From an uncultured Pseudomonadales bacterium (GTDB taxonomy: Bacteria > Patescibacteriota > Microgenomatia > UBA1400 > PJMF01), in NCBI GenBank assembly GCA_964495475.1, contig CAZBVY010000001.1, positions 4,239 to 68,238 on the forward strand: a stretch of 64,000 bases of DNA. Direction: 5' to 3'. Position 1 is the stretch's first letter; every line of letters starts with the position of its first letter. This document shows, in pieces, positions 1 to 8,961 of the stretch. Made by a program: the position numbers and the translations under genes. The notes under the pieces are model-generated. The model was not told the origin of the DNA. It ran no database searches and saw only the letters and a program-made list of their open reading frames with translations.

Positions 1-1309
1 TCTTCTGTGTGGCGGAGTTTTGCCTTAAGATCGGTTAACTTGGTTTGGAGTTCATTCTTTTGTTTAAGAAACATCTCATCATCGATTAAATCCCGGTAGC
101 GCATCTTGGTTAGGTTATCCAACTCAGCTTGGGTAGTTAACAAGGTTTTGCTTTGCATCTCATTAATCTTAGTTCTGTCGGCAATTTCCCGATCATTATT
201 TTCGTTTAAGACTTCTAAAGCCCATTTTCTAAAATCAGGAATGATGGTAATACTGGCTAGTTCCTGCTCAATTTGTCTTTCTAGTTTATCTAGTGGCACC
301 ATCTTGCGTTGGCTGCAGTTAACGGTCTTTTTCTTCCTGGTGCAGTGGTAGTAGGTGTATTCTTTGATTTTGCCGGTTTTCTTAATCAGTTTTTTCTTGG
401 TTTCAGCCGTATAAAGGCAACCACACTCGCCACAGCGAATAAATCCAGTAAAGGCAAAGTCGTGAGTTTTACGTCTGGGTTTACCTTTTCTGCCAAGTAA
501 CATTTGGACTCGATCAAACTCATCTAAAGTAATCATTGGTTCATGTTTACCCTCATACTGTCTGCCTTTATGTTCCAGCACTCCGGCATAGAAAATATTA
601 GTAAAGATTCGGTAAATACCGCTTCTGGATAAAGGTTTGCCACCAAGTCTCTTGGTTTTTCTGGTTAAGTAGCCCCAATCCTCATTGGCAATTTTGAGAA
701 TTTGAGGAGGAGTATAAGCGCCAGTCAGCATTAATTCCCACATTTTGGTGATTAAGTTAAACCGCTCCGTATCCTTAACAATAGTATTTTCTACCTTCTC
801 GTTGAGATAACCTGCAGGAGCGAGATTGGGCAACCAGCCCTTTTGTTAAGCTTGGTTTCTAAGCCTCGTTTTACATTTTTACTTAAGTCCAGGATGTACT
901 GATTCGAGCTAGCAGCTTCCACGCTGAAAATGATGACATTATCTCCTGGCAAGTATTCTCGGTCATAGGTTTGTATTGACTTGAGCACATTTTGTTGGAG
1001 CATCCAACTCAATTTTCCACTATCAACTGGATTTCTGGAGAGACGGTTAATCTGCCAGCAAAGGATCCCATCTGCCTCACCGTTCTCAACAGTCGCCATC
1101 ATTTCTTCAAATACAACTCGATTGCCTGGTTTTTTGGCCGATTTGGCTTCGGTAAAGGTTTTGACAATCCGAAGATTTTGATCTTTTGCCAGTTCTTTAA
1201 GTTTAGTAACTTGGCTCTCAATTGATTGCACCTGCCGATCTTCACTATCTGAAGACTTACGAGCATAGAGCACATAGCGCAGACTTTTCTTATTTTTTGG
1301 TATGGTCAT
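1..1309 (-). pseudogene. large serine recombinase, interrupted: resolvase catalytic domain ORF 791-1309; recombinase + zinc-ribbon + coiled-coil domains continue 845->1 in a different frame; 3' end beyond window
   Basis: ORF 791-1309 has the N-terminal resolvase fold (YARKSS...QxxSIESQ). The reverse strand of 1-845 translates to GWLPNLAPAGY...RCGECGCLYTAE...YYHCTRKKKTVNCSQRK plus a coiled coil, typical of a large serine recombinase C-terminus. The two parts are in different frames with a TAA at 846-848, so a +/-1 shift lies near the CCC/TTTT run at 835-848. Confidence 0.7.
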
Positions 1310-1373
1310 GTTCTGTTTTTTTAGCTACATAGTAGCGCAAGCGCTTAGTAATAGCTAGATTAAAAGATGTACT

Positions 1374-1955
1374 TTAGTCATCATTTTTTACTTCAGCTTT
1401 TTTCTGCCGTAACTTGTCATAGTAATCTTTTACAGCCTGATCAATAGCCATTCCCAATTCTTCTTCCTCCGGAGTCGGTGGTTTTTGCTCAGCTTCGTTA
1501 ATTCCGTTTACAAACTCGTGTTTACTGGTGGTTTCACCAAACTCAATCCGCATCATCTCCCAGAGAGTTTTAACCTCTTGAACTGTTGCCAGCTCGCCTG
1601 ACTTCATTTGCTTTTGAACTCGCTTGAGTTTCTCCCAAAAGATCTCGGAAATAAGGTAGGCTCGACGTTGTTTGATTTTTCTGAGCTTTTCATCCAGGTC
1701 CTGCATTTCTTCTGAGAGTCTGGCATCGGCTCGCTTGACCCACTGGTGTTTTTTACTCCAGCGCTCAATAGTAGCGTGGCTAGGCCTGTTCCCAAGTTTA
1801 TTCATAAAATCCGCCCTCACTTCGCCCGAAGCCTGCCCTAACTTGTCCCAAGTATCAAAAAGTTTCCGCAGGCTTCCCACTTCGCAGTACAACAGGAAAG
1901 CGGTGTACTGCTGCTCAGTCTCTCCTGACAACTTGGCTGTTATGATGTCATTCAT
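1374..1955 (-). CDS. hypothetical protein (mobile-element gene)
   Basis: 193-aa ORF co-oriented with the recombinase; no recognisable motif. Confidence 0.5.
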   Translation of the reverse strand: MNDIITAKLSGETEQQYTAFLLYCEVGSLRKLFDTWDKLGQASGEVRADFMNKLGNRPSHATIERWSKKHQWVKRADARLSEEMQDLDEKLRKIKQRRAYLISEIFWEKLKRVQKQMKSGELATVQEVKTLWEMMRIEFGETTSKHEFVNGINEAEQKPPTPEEEELGMAIDQAVKDYYDKLRQKKAEVKNDD

Positions 1956-2265
1956 AGCTTTCCTTTCTGCCTAAGCGGCCATAGACCATTTCGATATCCG
2001 GATCCGGGAAAGGTGGAGTGGTCATAGTTCTGTCCTCGATTAAGGCTTGGTGGTTTTGTTGATGTAATGTCCAAAAGAGTTTCATGTTGCCCGTCTTAAA
2101 AGCAACTTTCATCTTGAAGAATCGCCTGCAAGCAGTGGACCTTCTGACTTTACTGTAATACTGACTCCAAGCTCTTCGTCTTAGAGCTAATTCCTGATTG
2201 TCTATTAACACCTCAGGGATCATTTTTGGTTGTTTGTCAGTTGGTTGGTCTTTTTTAAACGCCAT
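1948..2265 (-). CDS. hypothetical protein
   Basis: 105-aa ORF, overlaps neighbours by a few nt (operon-like). Confidence 0.4.
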   Translation of the reverse strand: MAFKKDQPTDKQPKMIPEVLIDNQELALRRRAWSQYYSKVRRSTACRRFFKMKVAFKTGNMKLFWTLHQQNHQALIEDRTMTTPPFPDPDIEMVYGRLGRKESYE

Positions 2266-3004
2266 ATTTCTTTCCTCCTTTGCTGAGAGTGTTAGTCACA
2301 TTCATCAAGTCCCAGCCCTGCTCGCTCCAAAAGGGATCCTTGTCCATAGCATTTAAGCAGTGATTAATTTGCTCATCGCTAAAACCTGCTTTATACATTT
2401 TGTGCATAGCATTGATTTGTTTAGGAAAATTGACAAACTTTTTACCAAATTCCACTTCGACTGAGTGAATGTTTTCAATACAGTGATGATGTCCATGAGG
2501 ATTAGGGCATTTAATGCTTCTAGATTTATTTTTACTTTTTTGAGTGGAAATATTTTCTTCTTTACCTGGTTCTTCTTTTGTGTCCCTCATTTGGGACGAT
2601 GTTTGTCCCTCTGCTGCAACTATCTGTCTATTTGATTGAGATTGTCTCTGCTTTGGGACAATCTTTTGTGAGCGATAAAAGTCGGTATTGAGTTGCCATA
2701 AATCGACAATTGAGTAGGTCATGCGAGGTTTGGTTTTAGCGGGGATAGTGCCGGATTCTTTTATCCAACCTCTTTTAAGTAGGGACCGCAATAGTCGATA
2801 GACAGTATTTTTGCTAATCCCACACTTAGCGCCCAACTCTCTGGCTGAGTAGTAGACAGTGCCGTGTTCACCAGCGATACGCTTAAGGGTTAAGTAAAAA
2901 CCGCGCTCCTCTAAACTGGAGTGATTAATGATGTAGTTTGGGACAATGGAAAAATAGGCTTTGTCGCTAGATTCGTCTTTGATGTTAAAGGTTCTGTCTT
3001 TCAT
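2255..3004 (-). CDS. winged-helix DNA-binding protein, replication-initiator-like
   Basis: N-terminal HTH segment (ARELGAKCGISKNTVYRLLRSLLKRGWI) typical of phage/plasmid replication or primase loader proteins. Confidence 0.5.
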   Translation of the reverse strand: MKDRTFNIKDESSDKAYFSIVPNYIINHSSLEERGFYLTLKRIAGEHGTVYYSARELGAKCGISKNTVYRLLRSLLKRGWIKESGTIPAKTKPRMTYSIVDLWQLNTDFYRSQKIVPKQRQSQSNRQIVAAEGQTSSQMRDTKEEPGKEENISTQKSKNKSRSIKCPNPHGHHHCIENIHSVEVEFGKKFVNFPKQINAMHKMYKAGFSDEQINHCLNAMDKDPFWSEQGWDLMNVTNTLSKGGKKYGV

Positions 3005-3195
3005 AAGTTGAATATTTGTTGCTGGCGTTTAATAACTTGCTGGTATTGCTCTTTGGTGATGGGTTTGTAAATAAGCTGCATCATCCGGACCAATTTAAGA
3101 GCTTTTTCTAAAACATCTTCTTGGCTCAACTCCTCACCAAAGTGCTGTTTGTACAAAGCTTTGAAGGTGGTAAGTTGGGCTTCGCTGATTTTCAT
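3001..3195 (-). CDS. hypothetical small protein
   Basis: 64-aa ORF, translationally coupled. Confidence 0.35.
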   Translation of the reverse strand: MKISEAQLTTFKALYKQHFGEELSQEDVLEKALKLVRMMQLIYKPITKEQYQQVIKRQQQIFNL

Positions 3196-3458
3196 ACTGC
3201 TGATGAGAAAATTCTGTTTTTAAGCATCTTGATGTTTTCAAAGAACGAGCGGGCATCAACTGATAACCGACCAGCAAAATACTCCTGAGTGGCTTGTTCC
3301 AGCTCAGGAGTTTGGGGAAATATGAAACCTATTTTTCTAGAGTTAGTTCTATCCAGAGAGAGCAACTCAAAATGAAGCGTGGTCAGCGCCGCTACTAAAC
3401 CAATGTCATAGCTTAAAAAATGGGAATCGTTGGAAGTAGAATCAAATTTTCTGGTCAT
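3192..3458 (-). CDS. hypothetical small protein
   Basis: 88-aa ORF, first gene of the element operon. Confidence 0.35.
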   Translation of the reverse strand: MTRKFDSTSNDSHFLSYDIGLVAALTTLHFELLSLDRTNSRKIGFIFPQTPELEQATQEYFAGRLSVDARSFFENIKMLKNRIFSSAV

Positions 3459-3685
3459 AATATGTTCTGCTGACTAAAAGTCTAGGCAAAACACACGACC
3501 AGAGCTAGAAAGTTTGTGGTTATAAGGGGATTTTTATGGAAATTTGTTTCACTTACTGATTACTTTGCTGTCAAGTGAAAATAGCTAAAATAGTGAAAAC
3601 ACGGAAACAATAATTTATTGGCTTCTCTAACTGACTAACTTCAGGAAAACACAACTAGTAGCAAATTTATTCTTCCTCAGAAGTT

Positions 3686-5401
3686 CTATCTTCTTGAAAA
3701 GAAAAATTTATTATGATTTGGAGCAGTGACGAACCTAAAACTCAGATGACCCAAATGTACAAATCCATAAGTGGAGTTAATTTTTTCAACACTATTAAAA
3801 GTTACTCCGCTCAAAATTTGACCTATTTTGATATGAGCTAAAGTTTGAGCTTTTTGAGTTATATTATCAATTCCTTCTCTTAGTTCTGTTCTGAGGGCAT
3901 CAAGCTGATCGCCACATGGATATCCTTTAATTAGAATTGAACCATCTTCTAAAAGAATAATTCCCTCATAGATCATTTCAAGTGGAGAATATTGATTGAC
4001 AATCTGTTTTGCATTCGTAAATTGTGTTTCCGGCAATGGAATTACGTCTAACCCAACCTCACTATAGTGAGAGTAAGAAACTATTGTGGTATGAAGATCC
4101 TCAAGAGGTGGTAACCAATATTCCAGGTTTGGATTAGCTTCCTTAAGCTCTGAAATAAGTTGAGTCCTAAATTTACTAATTTCTTTTCTAAACCTAGCCG
4201 GAAAAGGGTATCCCAAAACTAATCCTGTAGGTCTGTAAAATGAAGGATGAGGGATCCATTCCGACGCTCTTTTTTGAAAAAAAGTTTCTTTTATGTGGTT
4301 AATTTTTTGAATACTTGTACCTACTTCGTCAACCCTTTGTTTAAGTGAGTCATAAACAGCAAACATTTTTCTAATAGCTGCGATATCTTCACTCCCAAAA
4401 TAATTTGCTTGCATAAAAGCAATTGTTGGCCCAATTCCTTCGATAGGAGTTGTGGGTTCTGCTGCTAGAATTTTTTTTACCCAGCTATTTGACGCATTGA
4501 AGGATTCGGGACTATTTTTCATAATTGTAGATAGAAATTGAGAAGCCTCAGGAAGGTAACAAGTAATTCCGTTTATTATATCCTCTTTTGAAACAGAGTG
4601 CCCGCTGACCAGATATTCTATAAAAGGAATTGTGGTGGGTTTTTCTACGATGCTCCTGATAACAGAAACAAAATCATCAATATACAGATAATCTCTAGTT
4701 TCTGCGGATTCACTTCTTGATTGATGTAAGAACGCTGATAAAGCCAGTCTGCCAATTGTTCTCCTGGTTGAACAAGTAGGTCCGTAACAACTTGATATTC
4801 TTAAAATTTTTGTTGATGGGTGCCTGGCTACAAGTGTTTCTCCAACTGCTTTAGATAGCTCATACACATTCGACTTAAGTGGCAGAGGATTTTTTTTAAG
4901 AAATTTTTGAATAATTTGTAGAGCTTTGTTCTCAAAAAAATTTTCTTCGAGTAAATTTTCTTTACTAGCATCAAAAAGGGACACAAGTTTTTCAATCCAT
5001 TCTCTTTGTTGTTTGTTTTTGATATTGTCTATCCTTTGGGTAGAAGCAAAAACAAATGTTAATTGCTTATTTTTACTCAGGTGAGTTAGTAAACCAGGAA
5101 AAAAAGAATTTAATAGGAATACGCTAGAAGCTGCTTCTGGACTGTAATTCAAACTTACCATCCCGGCCATATTTAGGATGATATCTGCGTTTTTAACAAT
5201 GTTCTTTAAAAAATCCGTATCAAAGTAGGTATCTACTTCTAGTAATTGCCTAGGTATATCACCGGATCTATAAAAAAATTTTCTTTTTGATCCTTTTCGC
5301 AACACAGATACTGGGGAAATGGATGAAAGATTAAGTGATAGAGCCATCCCTAAATCACCAGTAGAACCAAGAATATAAATTGACGAATTTTTGTTATTCA
5401 A
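3686..5401 (-). CDS. NAD-dependent epimerase/dehydratase domain fused to C-terminal 2H-phosphoesterase-like domain
   Basis: N-terminus has a Rossmann ILGSTGDLG motif, the YELSK catalytic dyad and a DYLYIDDFV motif. C-terminus has two H-x-T/S-x motifs (LHTTIV, GHLSF) characteristic of LigT/2H cyclic phosphodiesterases. Start overlaps the upstream ROK gene by 4 nt. Confidence 0.6.
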   Translation of the reverse strand: MNNKNSSIYILGSTGDLGMALSLNLSSISPVSVLRKGSKRKFFYRSGDIPRQLLEVDTYFDTDFLKNIVKNADIILNMAGMVSLNYSPEAASSVFLLNSFFPGLLTHLSKNKQLTFVFASTQRIDNIKNKQQREWIEKLVSLFDASKENLLEENFFENKALQIIQKFLKKNPLPLKSNVYELSKAVGETLVARHPSTKILRISSCYGPTCSTRRTIGRLALSAFLHQSRSESAETRDYLYIDDFVSVIRSIVEKPTTIPFIEYLVSGHSVSKEDIINGITCYLPEASQFLSTIMKNSPESFNASNSWVKKILAAEPTTPIEGIGPTIAFMQANYFGSEDIAAIRKMFAVYDSLKQRVDEVGTSIQKINHIKETFFQKRASEWIPHPSFYRPTGLVLGYPFPARFRKEISKFRTQLISELKEANPNLEYWLPPLEDLHTTIVSYSHYSEVGLDVIPLPETQFTNAKQIVNQYSPLEMIYEGIILLEDGSILIKGYPCGDQLDALRTELREGIDNITQKAQTLAHIKIGQILSGVTFNSVEKINSTYGFVHLGHLSFRFVTAPNHNKFFFSRR

Positions 5402-6414
5402 TTATTCCTTTCAGCAAGAAGTCCAATACCTATTAAACAATCATTGTCATCATTTATACCCAATGAAACCATGTTAGGAATTTCCCCCCTAGGCCTTTGA
5501 TAAAAATCATGTTTAGTGATACTTCTGCGTAATGAATCCAAATATTTTTGACCACAGTTGAGAGCAAATCCGCCAATAAAAACCCATTTGTCTACTCCAA
5601 TGGTCGCTGCTAGCTGAGAAATACATCCTGTGAGAATAAATGTTGTTTCGTCTAAGATTTCAGTTGTGAAGGGGTCATCCTGTTGGAGAGCTTCAATTAT
5701 ATGATAAGTGGTAATTTCTTCTGGATTTTTAACTAATTTCGATAGATAAGAGTTCTGGTAATTTGGATGGACACTAGCTTTTTTTTGTGCCAATCGTTGA
5801 ATTCCTCGTCCAGAACAAATTGCTCCCACATGCCCTTTTCCTCCGCAATCACACAACAAAGCATCTTCAGAAAAATCTACTCTAATATGTCCCATTTCCC
5901 CACCCAATCCTCTTCTATCTAACAAAACTTTACTACTTTTCACATCGTAAATTTTGCTACCAATTCCAGAACTAACAGTAATTGCCCCTAAAAAATCATG
6001 ATGTGCATATTCTTCCATTTGTGCATACCGTTCAATAGCAGCCGTTATATCGTTGGCTACTGTAATACTTAACGAAGGGCATTCTTCCGTTAGTTTTTCG
6101 AGAAGTGGGAAATTAAAGCCTCTTTCTCCCCATACTGTGCAAGCCTGGTGTACAATTCCATCTGCGGTCATCGGTGCAGGAAAAGAAATCCCAACTTGTG
6201 AAATTGAAGAATCTTTACTTAGATAAAAACGTATAACCTCAACCATTTTTTTGATGAGTTTATTTTGAAGCTCTTCGATGGTTAACTCTGGATATAAAAG
6301 AAAGCTGGGCGTTTTCTCTCTCTTCGGTTCGCTCACAATTCCTTCTGGACTTTTGAATAAACAAGAGCGAAAATGTGTGCCCCCAATATCAATAGCTATA
6401 ACTTCCTTTTTCAT
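5398..6414 (-). CDS. ROK-family sugar kinase
   Basis: IAIDIGGTHFR ATP-binding start and the CDCGGKGHVGAICSG zinc motif of ROK/glucokinase-like kinases. Confidence 0.75.
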   Translation of the reverse strand: MKKEVIAIDIGGTHFRSCLFKSPEGIVSEPKREKTPSFLLYPELTIEELQNKLIKKMVEVIRFYLSKDSSISQVGISFPAPMTADGIVHQACTVWGERGFNFPLLEKLTEECPSLSITVANDITAAIERYAQMEEYAHHDFLGAITVSSGIGSKIYDVKSSKVLLDRRGLGGEMGHIRVDFSEDALLCDCGGKGHVGAICSGRGIQRLAQKKASVHPNYQNSYLSKLVKNPEEITTYHIIEALQQDDPFTTEILDETTFILTGCISQLAATIGVDKWVFIGGFALNCGQKYLDSLRRSITKHDFYQRPRGEIPNMVSLGINDDNDCLIGIGLLAERNN

Positions 6415-7559
6415 ATAAATTTCTCCAGGCTCAGAAAATCTAATGCTTTCTTTATTTCGCTTTCAGAGCACTTATTGGTAAATAAGGCAGATCCTGTGCT
6501 GATAGGAAGAACTAAATTTAAATTTCCTGCACGGTGTTTTCTTATATCATCAAGAGAGTTAAATAAACTTTGATGTTCTATAAGAGGTTTATTAGAAAAT
6601 CCTATTGCTTTAGCAAGATTAATGATTCGATCAAAATCAGTTTCTTTTAATATTTTTCTTTGAAAAGCAATATGAGTTGAAATTAAGATGTCTAGTCCCA
6701 CAGCTTCTCCATGTAAGATAGAGTAATTATTTGAAGTCTCGATGTATGGACTAAAAGTATGTCCGAAATCCACAAGCCTTTCTAAAATATGTTCGTGCAA
6801 GTTGGGTTCCAGTTCTTCCATCATTAATTGAGCGGAAAGGTAATTAATTTGCTGAGTTTGTTCTCCAAAATTTTTCCGCAAATAATCCAAGTAACTTTCT
6901 TCAATTAATGAAAAAAGGAGATCGCTTCGAACTATAGCCATTTTAATCATTTCATACAAACCACATCTAATTTCTGTTAAAGTCAAGGTTGTTAAAAAGG
7001 ACTGATCTACGAATACAGAATGAGGAGCATAATAGTGTCCAAGCAGATTTTTGGATTCATCCAAATTTACTCCTACTTTTATACCAACTCCAGCATCTAT
7101 TAATCCAACAAGAGTAGTAGGAATACGAATGTAGGAAATTTTGCGTCTATAAAGGGCGGCTGCCAATCCAACAATATCCATCGTGATTCCACCACCTATT
7201 GCTATGAAAAAAGAATCTCTTTTTATTCCAAAATTTTGGGCAACTTTACAAATCTTAATAGCCGATGAGATGTCCTTTTGATTTTCGTTAGCATTATTAG
7301 TGATTATTTTGTAATCGATATTTTGACTGGAAAAAAATTTTGTTATCTCTGGACCGTACAATGATTCTACGTTGTGATCTATTATCACGAGGGCTTTTTT
7401 GTCTTGGCACAGTTGACTTAGTTGATTATTAGGTGAGCAATCGAAGACATCTTTCGTAAAATGAACTTTGTAGTCTATAGAAATGTTTCTTTTTAGGTGG
7501 ATGTGATTATTATGTGTTTTCAGCATTTTAGATTTTTCAGTAAATTGCCTCAAATACAA
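6411..7559 (-). CDS. 3-dehydroquinate-synthase-like sugar phosphate cyclase
   Basis: IAIGGGITMDIVGLAAA, PTTLVGLIDAGVGIKVGVN, DFGHTF and HGEAVGLD motifs of DHQS/DOIS/EEVS-type cyclases. Confidence 0.75.
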   Translation of the reverse strand: MYLRQFTEKSKMLKTHNNHIHLKRNISIDYKVHFTKDVFDCSPNNQLSQLCQDKKALVIIDHNVESLYGPEITKFFSSQNIDYKIITNNANENQKDISSAIKICKVAQNFGIKRDSFFIAIGGGITMDIVGLAAALYRRKISYIRIPTTLVGLIDAGVGIKVGVNLDESKNLLGHYYAPHSVFVDQSFLTTLTLTEIRCGLYEMIKMAIVRSDLLFSLIEESYLDYLRKNFGEQTQQINYLSAQLMMEELEPNLHEHILERLVDFGHTFSPYIETSNNYSILHGEAVGLDILISTHIAFQRKILKETDFDRIINLAKAIGFSNKPLIEHQSLFNSLDDIRKHRAGNLNLVLPISTGSALFTNKCSESEIKKALDFLSLEKFI

Positions 7560-7887
7560 GAATTTTTAAATTAGTAGATCCCATATTTTTTAGACCGTGA
7601 CTACTTCCACTATGAGTAATAACAGCATCTCCTGGACCAATTTCTTTTTCATGGCCATCAACTGTCATTAATCCTTTCCCTGAGATAATGTAGTAAATTT
7701 CTTCATTTCCTTCATGTTTGTGGTAACCAATAGTTGAATCAGGAAGAATTTCGGTTTCATGAAGAAACTGGATAGAACTTCTGAAATCCTCTTTTTTAAA
7801 GACCTCTCGGAAGATAATTGAACCTTCTCCATTATGGCAACGTTCTTCAATAACTTTACGAGCTTCTGAAGCCAAGTTGATATGCAT
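7537..7887 (-). CDS. cupin-domain protein
   Basis: Both cupin motifs are present (GYHKHEGNEEIYYIISGKG; GDAVITHSGSSHGLKN). First gene of the overlapping four-gene operon. Confidence 0.7.
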   Translation of the reverse strand: MHINLASEARKVIEERCHNGEGSIIFREVFKKEDFRSSIQFLHETEILPDSTIGYHKHEGNEEIYYIISGKGLMTVDGHEKEIGPGDAVITHSGSSHGLKNMGSTNLKILVFEAIY

Positions 7888-8004
7888 AAATTGATTCTTT
7901 CCCCTCTGTTTTGTTTAGGTAACAAAAATTGAGGTATACTATAGTGGTTAAATGAAAAGAAGCTAATTATGTAATGTTATACATTATATAACACAAATTT
8001 AACT

Positions 8005-8556
8005 ATGAAAATCTTTTTTTTAGCTAGCAATGCTGCAGACAAAGATTTGCGGTTTGCCTATACAAAAATTGTCCATACTTTAGAACTCGAAGGAAATGAG
8101 GTTTTTTCTCAACAACCTATTCCTAAAACCGAGGAAATTGAAAGTATGCCTAAAGAAAAAAGTGAAATGAGGGCAAAACAATTCTTCAGAAAGATGTTGC
8201 AATGTGATTGTGTAGTTTTTGAAGGAACGCGTTCAACAACTGGAGGTGGCTATTATTTATGCATGGCTCTACAACATAGTTTACCAGTTCTTTATCTTAC
8301 CCAGAATAAATATAGAGGCCTATACCTTGCATCATCGAACAGATTGTTGAAAATAAGACGATATGATTTAACCAAGCAGGATAATTTAAAAAACACTATT
8401 CAGGACTTTTTAAAATTTGCTACTAAAAAGAAGCTTTCTAATAGATTTAATTTAATGATTAGTGACTCAATGGATGAATTTTTGAATGAGATGTCTCGAA
8501 TTGATGGCATTAGCAAGGCTGATATTATTCGGGATCTTATTTATGAAAAAATGTAA
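8005..8556 (+). CDS. nucleoside 2-deoxyribosyltransferase-like (NDT/LOG-fold) domain fused to C-terminal ribbon-helix-helix
   Basis: MKIFFLAS...VVFEGTRSTTGGGYYLCMALQHSLPVLYL resembles the NDT-like Rossmann core. The C-terminal DEFLNEMSRIDGISKADIIRDLI is CopG/RHH-like. Divergent from the cupin operon. Confidence 0.45.
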   Translation: MKIFFLASNAADKDLRFAYTKIVHTLELEGNEVFSQQPIPKTEEIESMPKEKSEMRAKQFFRKMLQCDCVVFEGTRSTTGGGYYLCMALQHSLPVLYLTQNKYRGLYLASSNRLLKIRRYDLTKQDNLKNTIQDFLKFATKKKLSNRFNLMISDSMDEFLNEMSRIDGISKADIIRDLIYEKM

Positions 8557-8586
8557 AAAGAATGATATTGAAGTTTAATTTCCAGA

Positions 8587-8928
8587 TCAAAACGGTAACA
8601 GTTCTGAAGAATCAACTTTCAAAGCTTTGGCAATTTTGTATAGTGTGCGGATAGTAGGGTTGCGTTCACCGCGCTCAATCATGCCGATATACGTCCTATC
8701 TATGGACATCTTGAATGCTAGTTCTTCCTGAGTAACCCCTTTGCTTTTCCTGGTTCTCTGCAGTTTAGCTCCAAACTTTTTGAGAATGTGTTGGTGTGAT
8801 ATTGGTTTACCCATGTCTTTAGGGTAGTGACTCTCAGTCACATTCAACACGGACTCCTTGTCATCATTTATGCTATATTTAGCCAGGTGAGAGAAATAAT
8901 TTGAATTTGACATTTTGGGACCACCCAA
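8587..8928 (-). CDS. XRE-family HTH transcriptional regulator
   Basis: Cro/C1-type HTH: GVTQEELAFKMSIDRTYIGMIERGERNPTIRTLYKIAKAL. GC-rich gene; the true start may be the internal Met. Confidence 0.75.
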   Translation of the reverse strand: MGGPKMSNSNYFSHLAKYSINDDKESVLNVTESHYPKDMGKPISHQHILKKFGAKLQRTRKSKGVTQEELAFKMSIDRTYIGMIERGERNPTIRTLYKIAKALKVDSSELLPF

Positions 8929-8961
8929 GCTAACATCCCATCACTCTGAAAGGAGATTTAT

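Larger units (their letters stand above)
1..3460 (-). mobile_element. integrated element (prophage/ICE-like remnant) bounded by serine recombinase; all genes co-oriented
   Basis: GC about 40-43% against about 30% for host. Contains the recombinase, a winged-helix replication-like protein and small hypotheticals. The right boundary is approximate and the left end lies outside the window. Confidence 0.5.
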
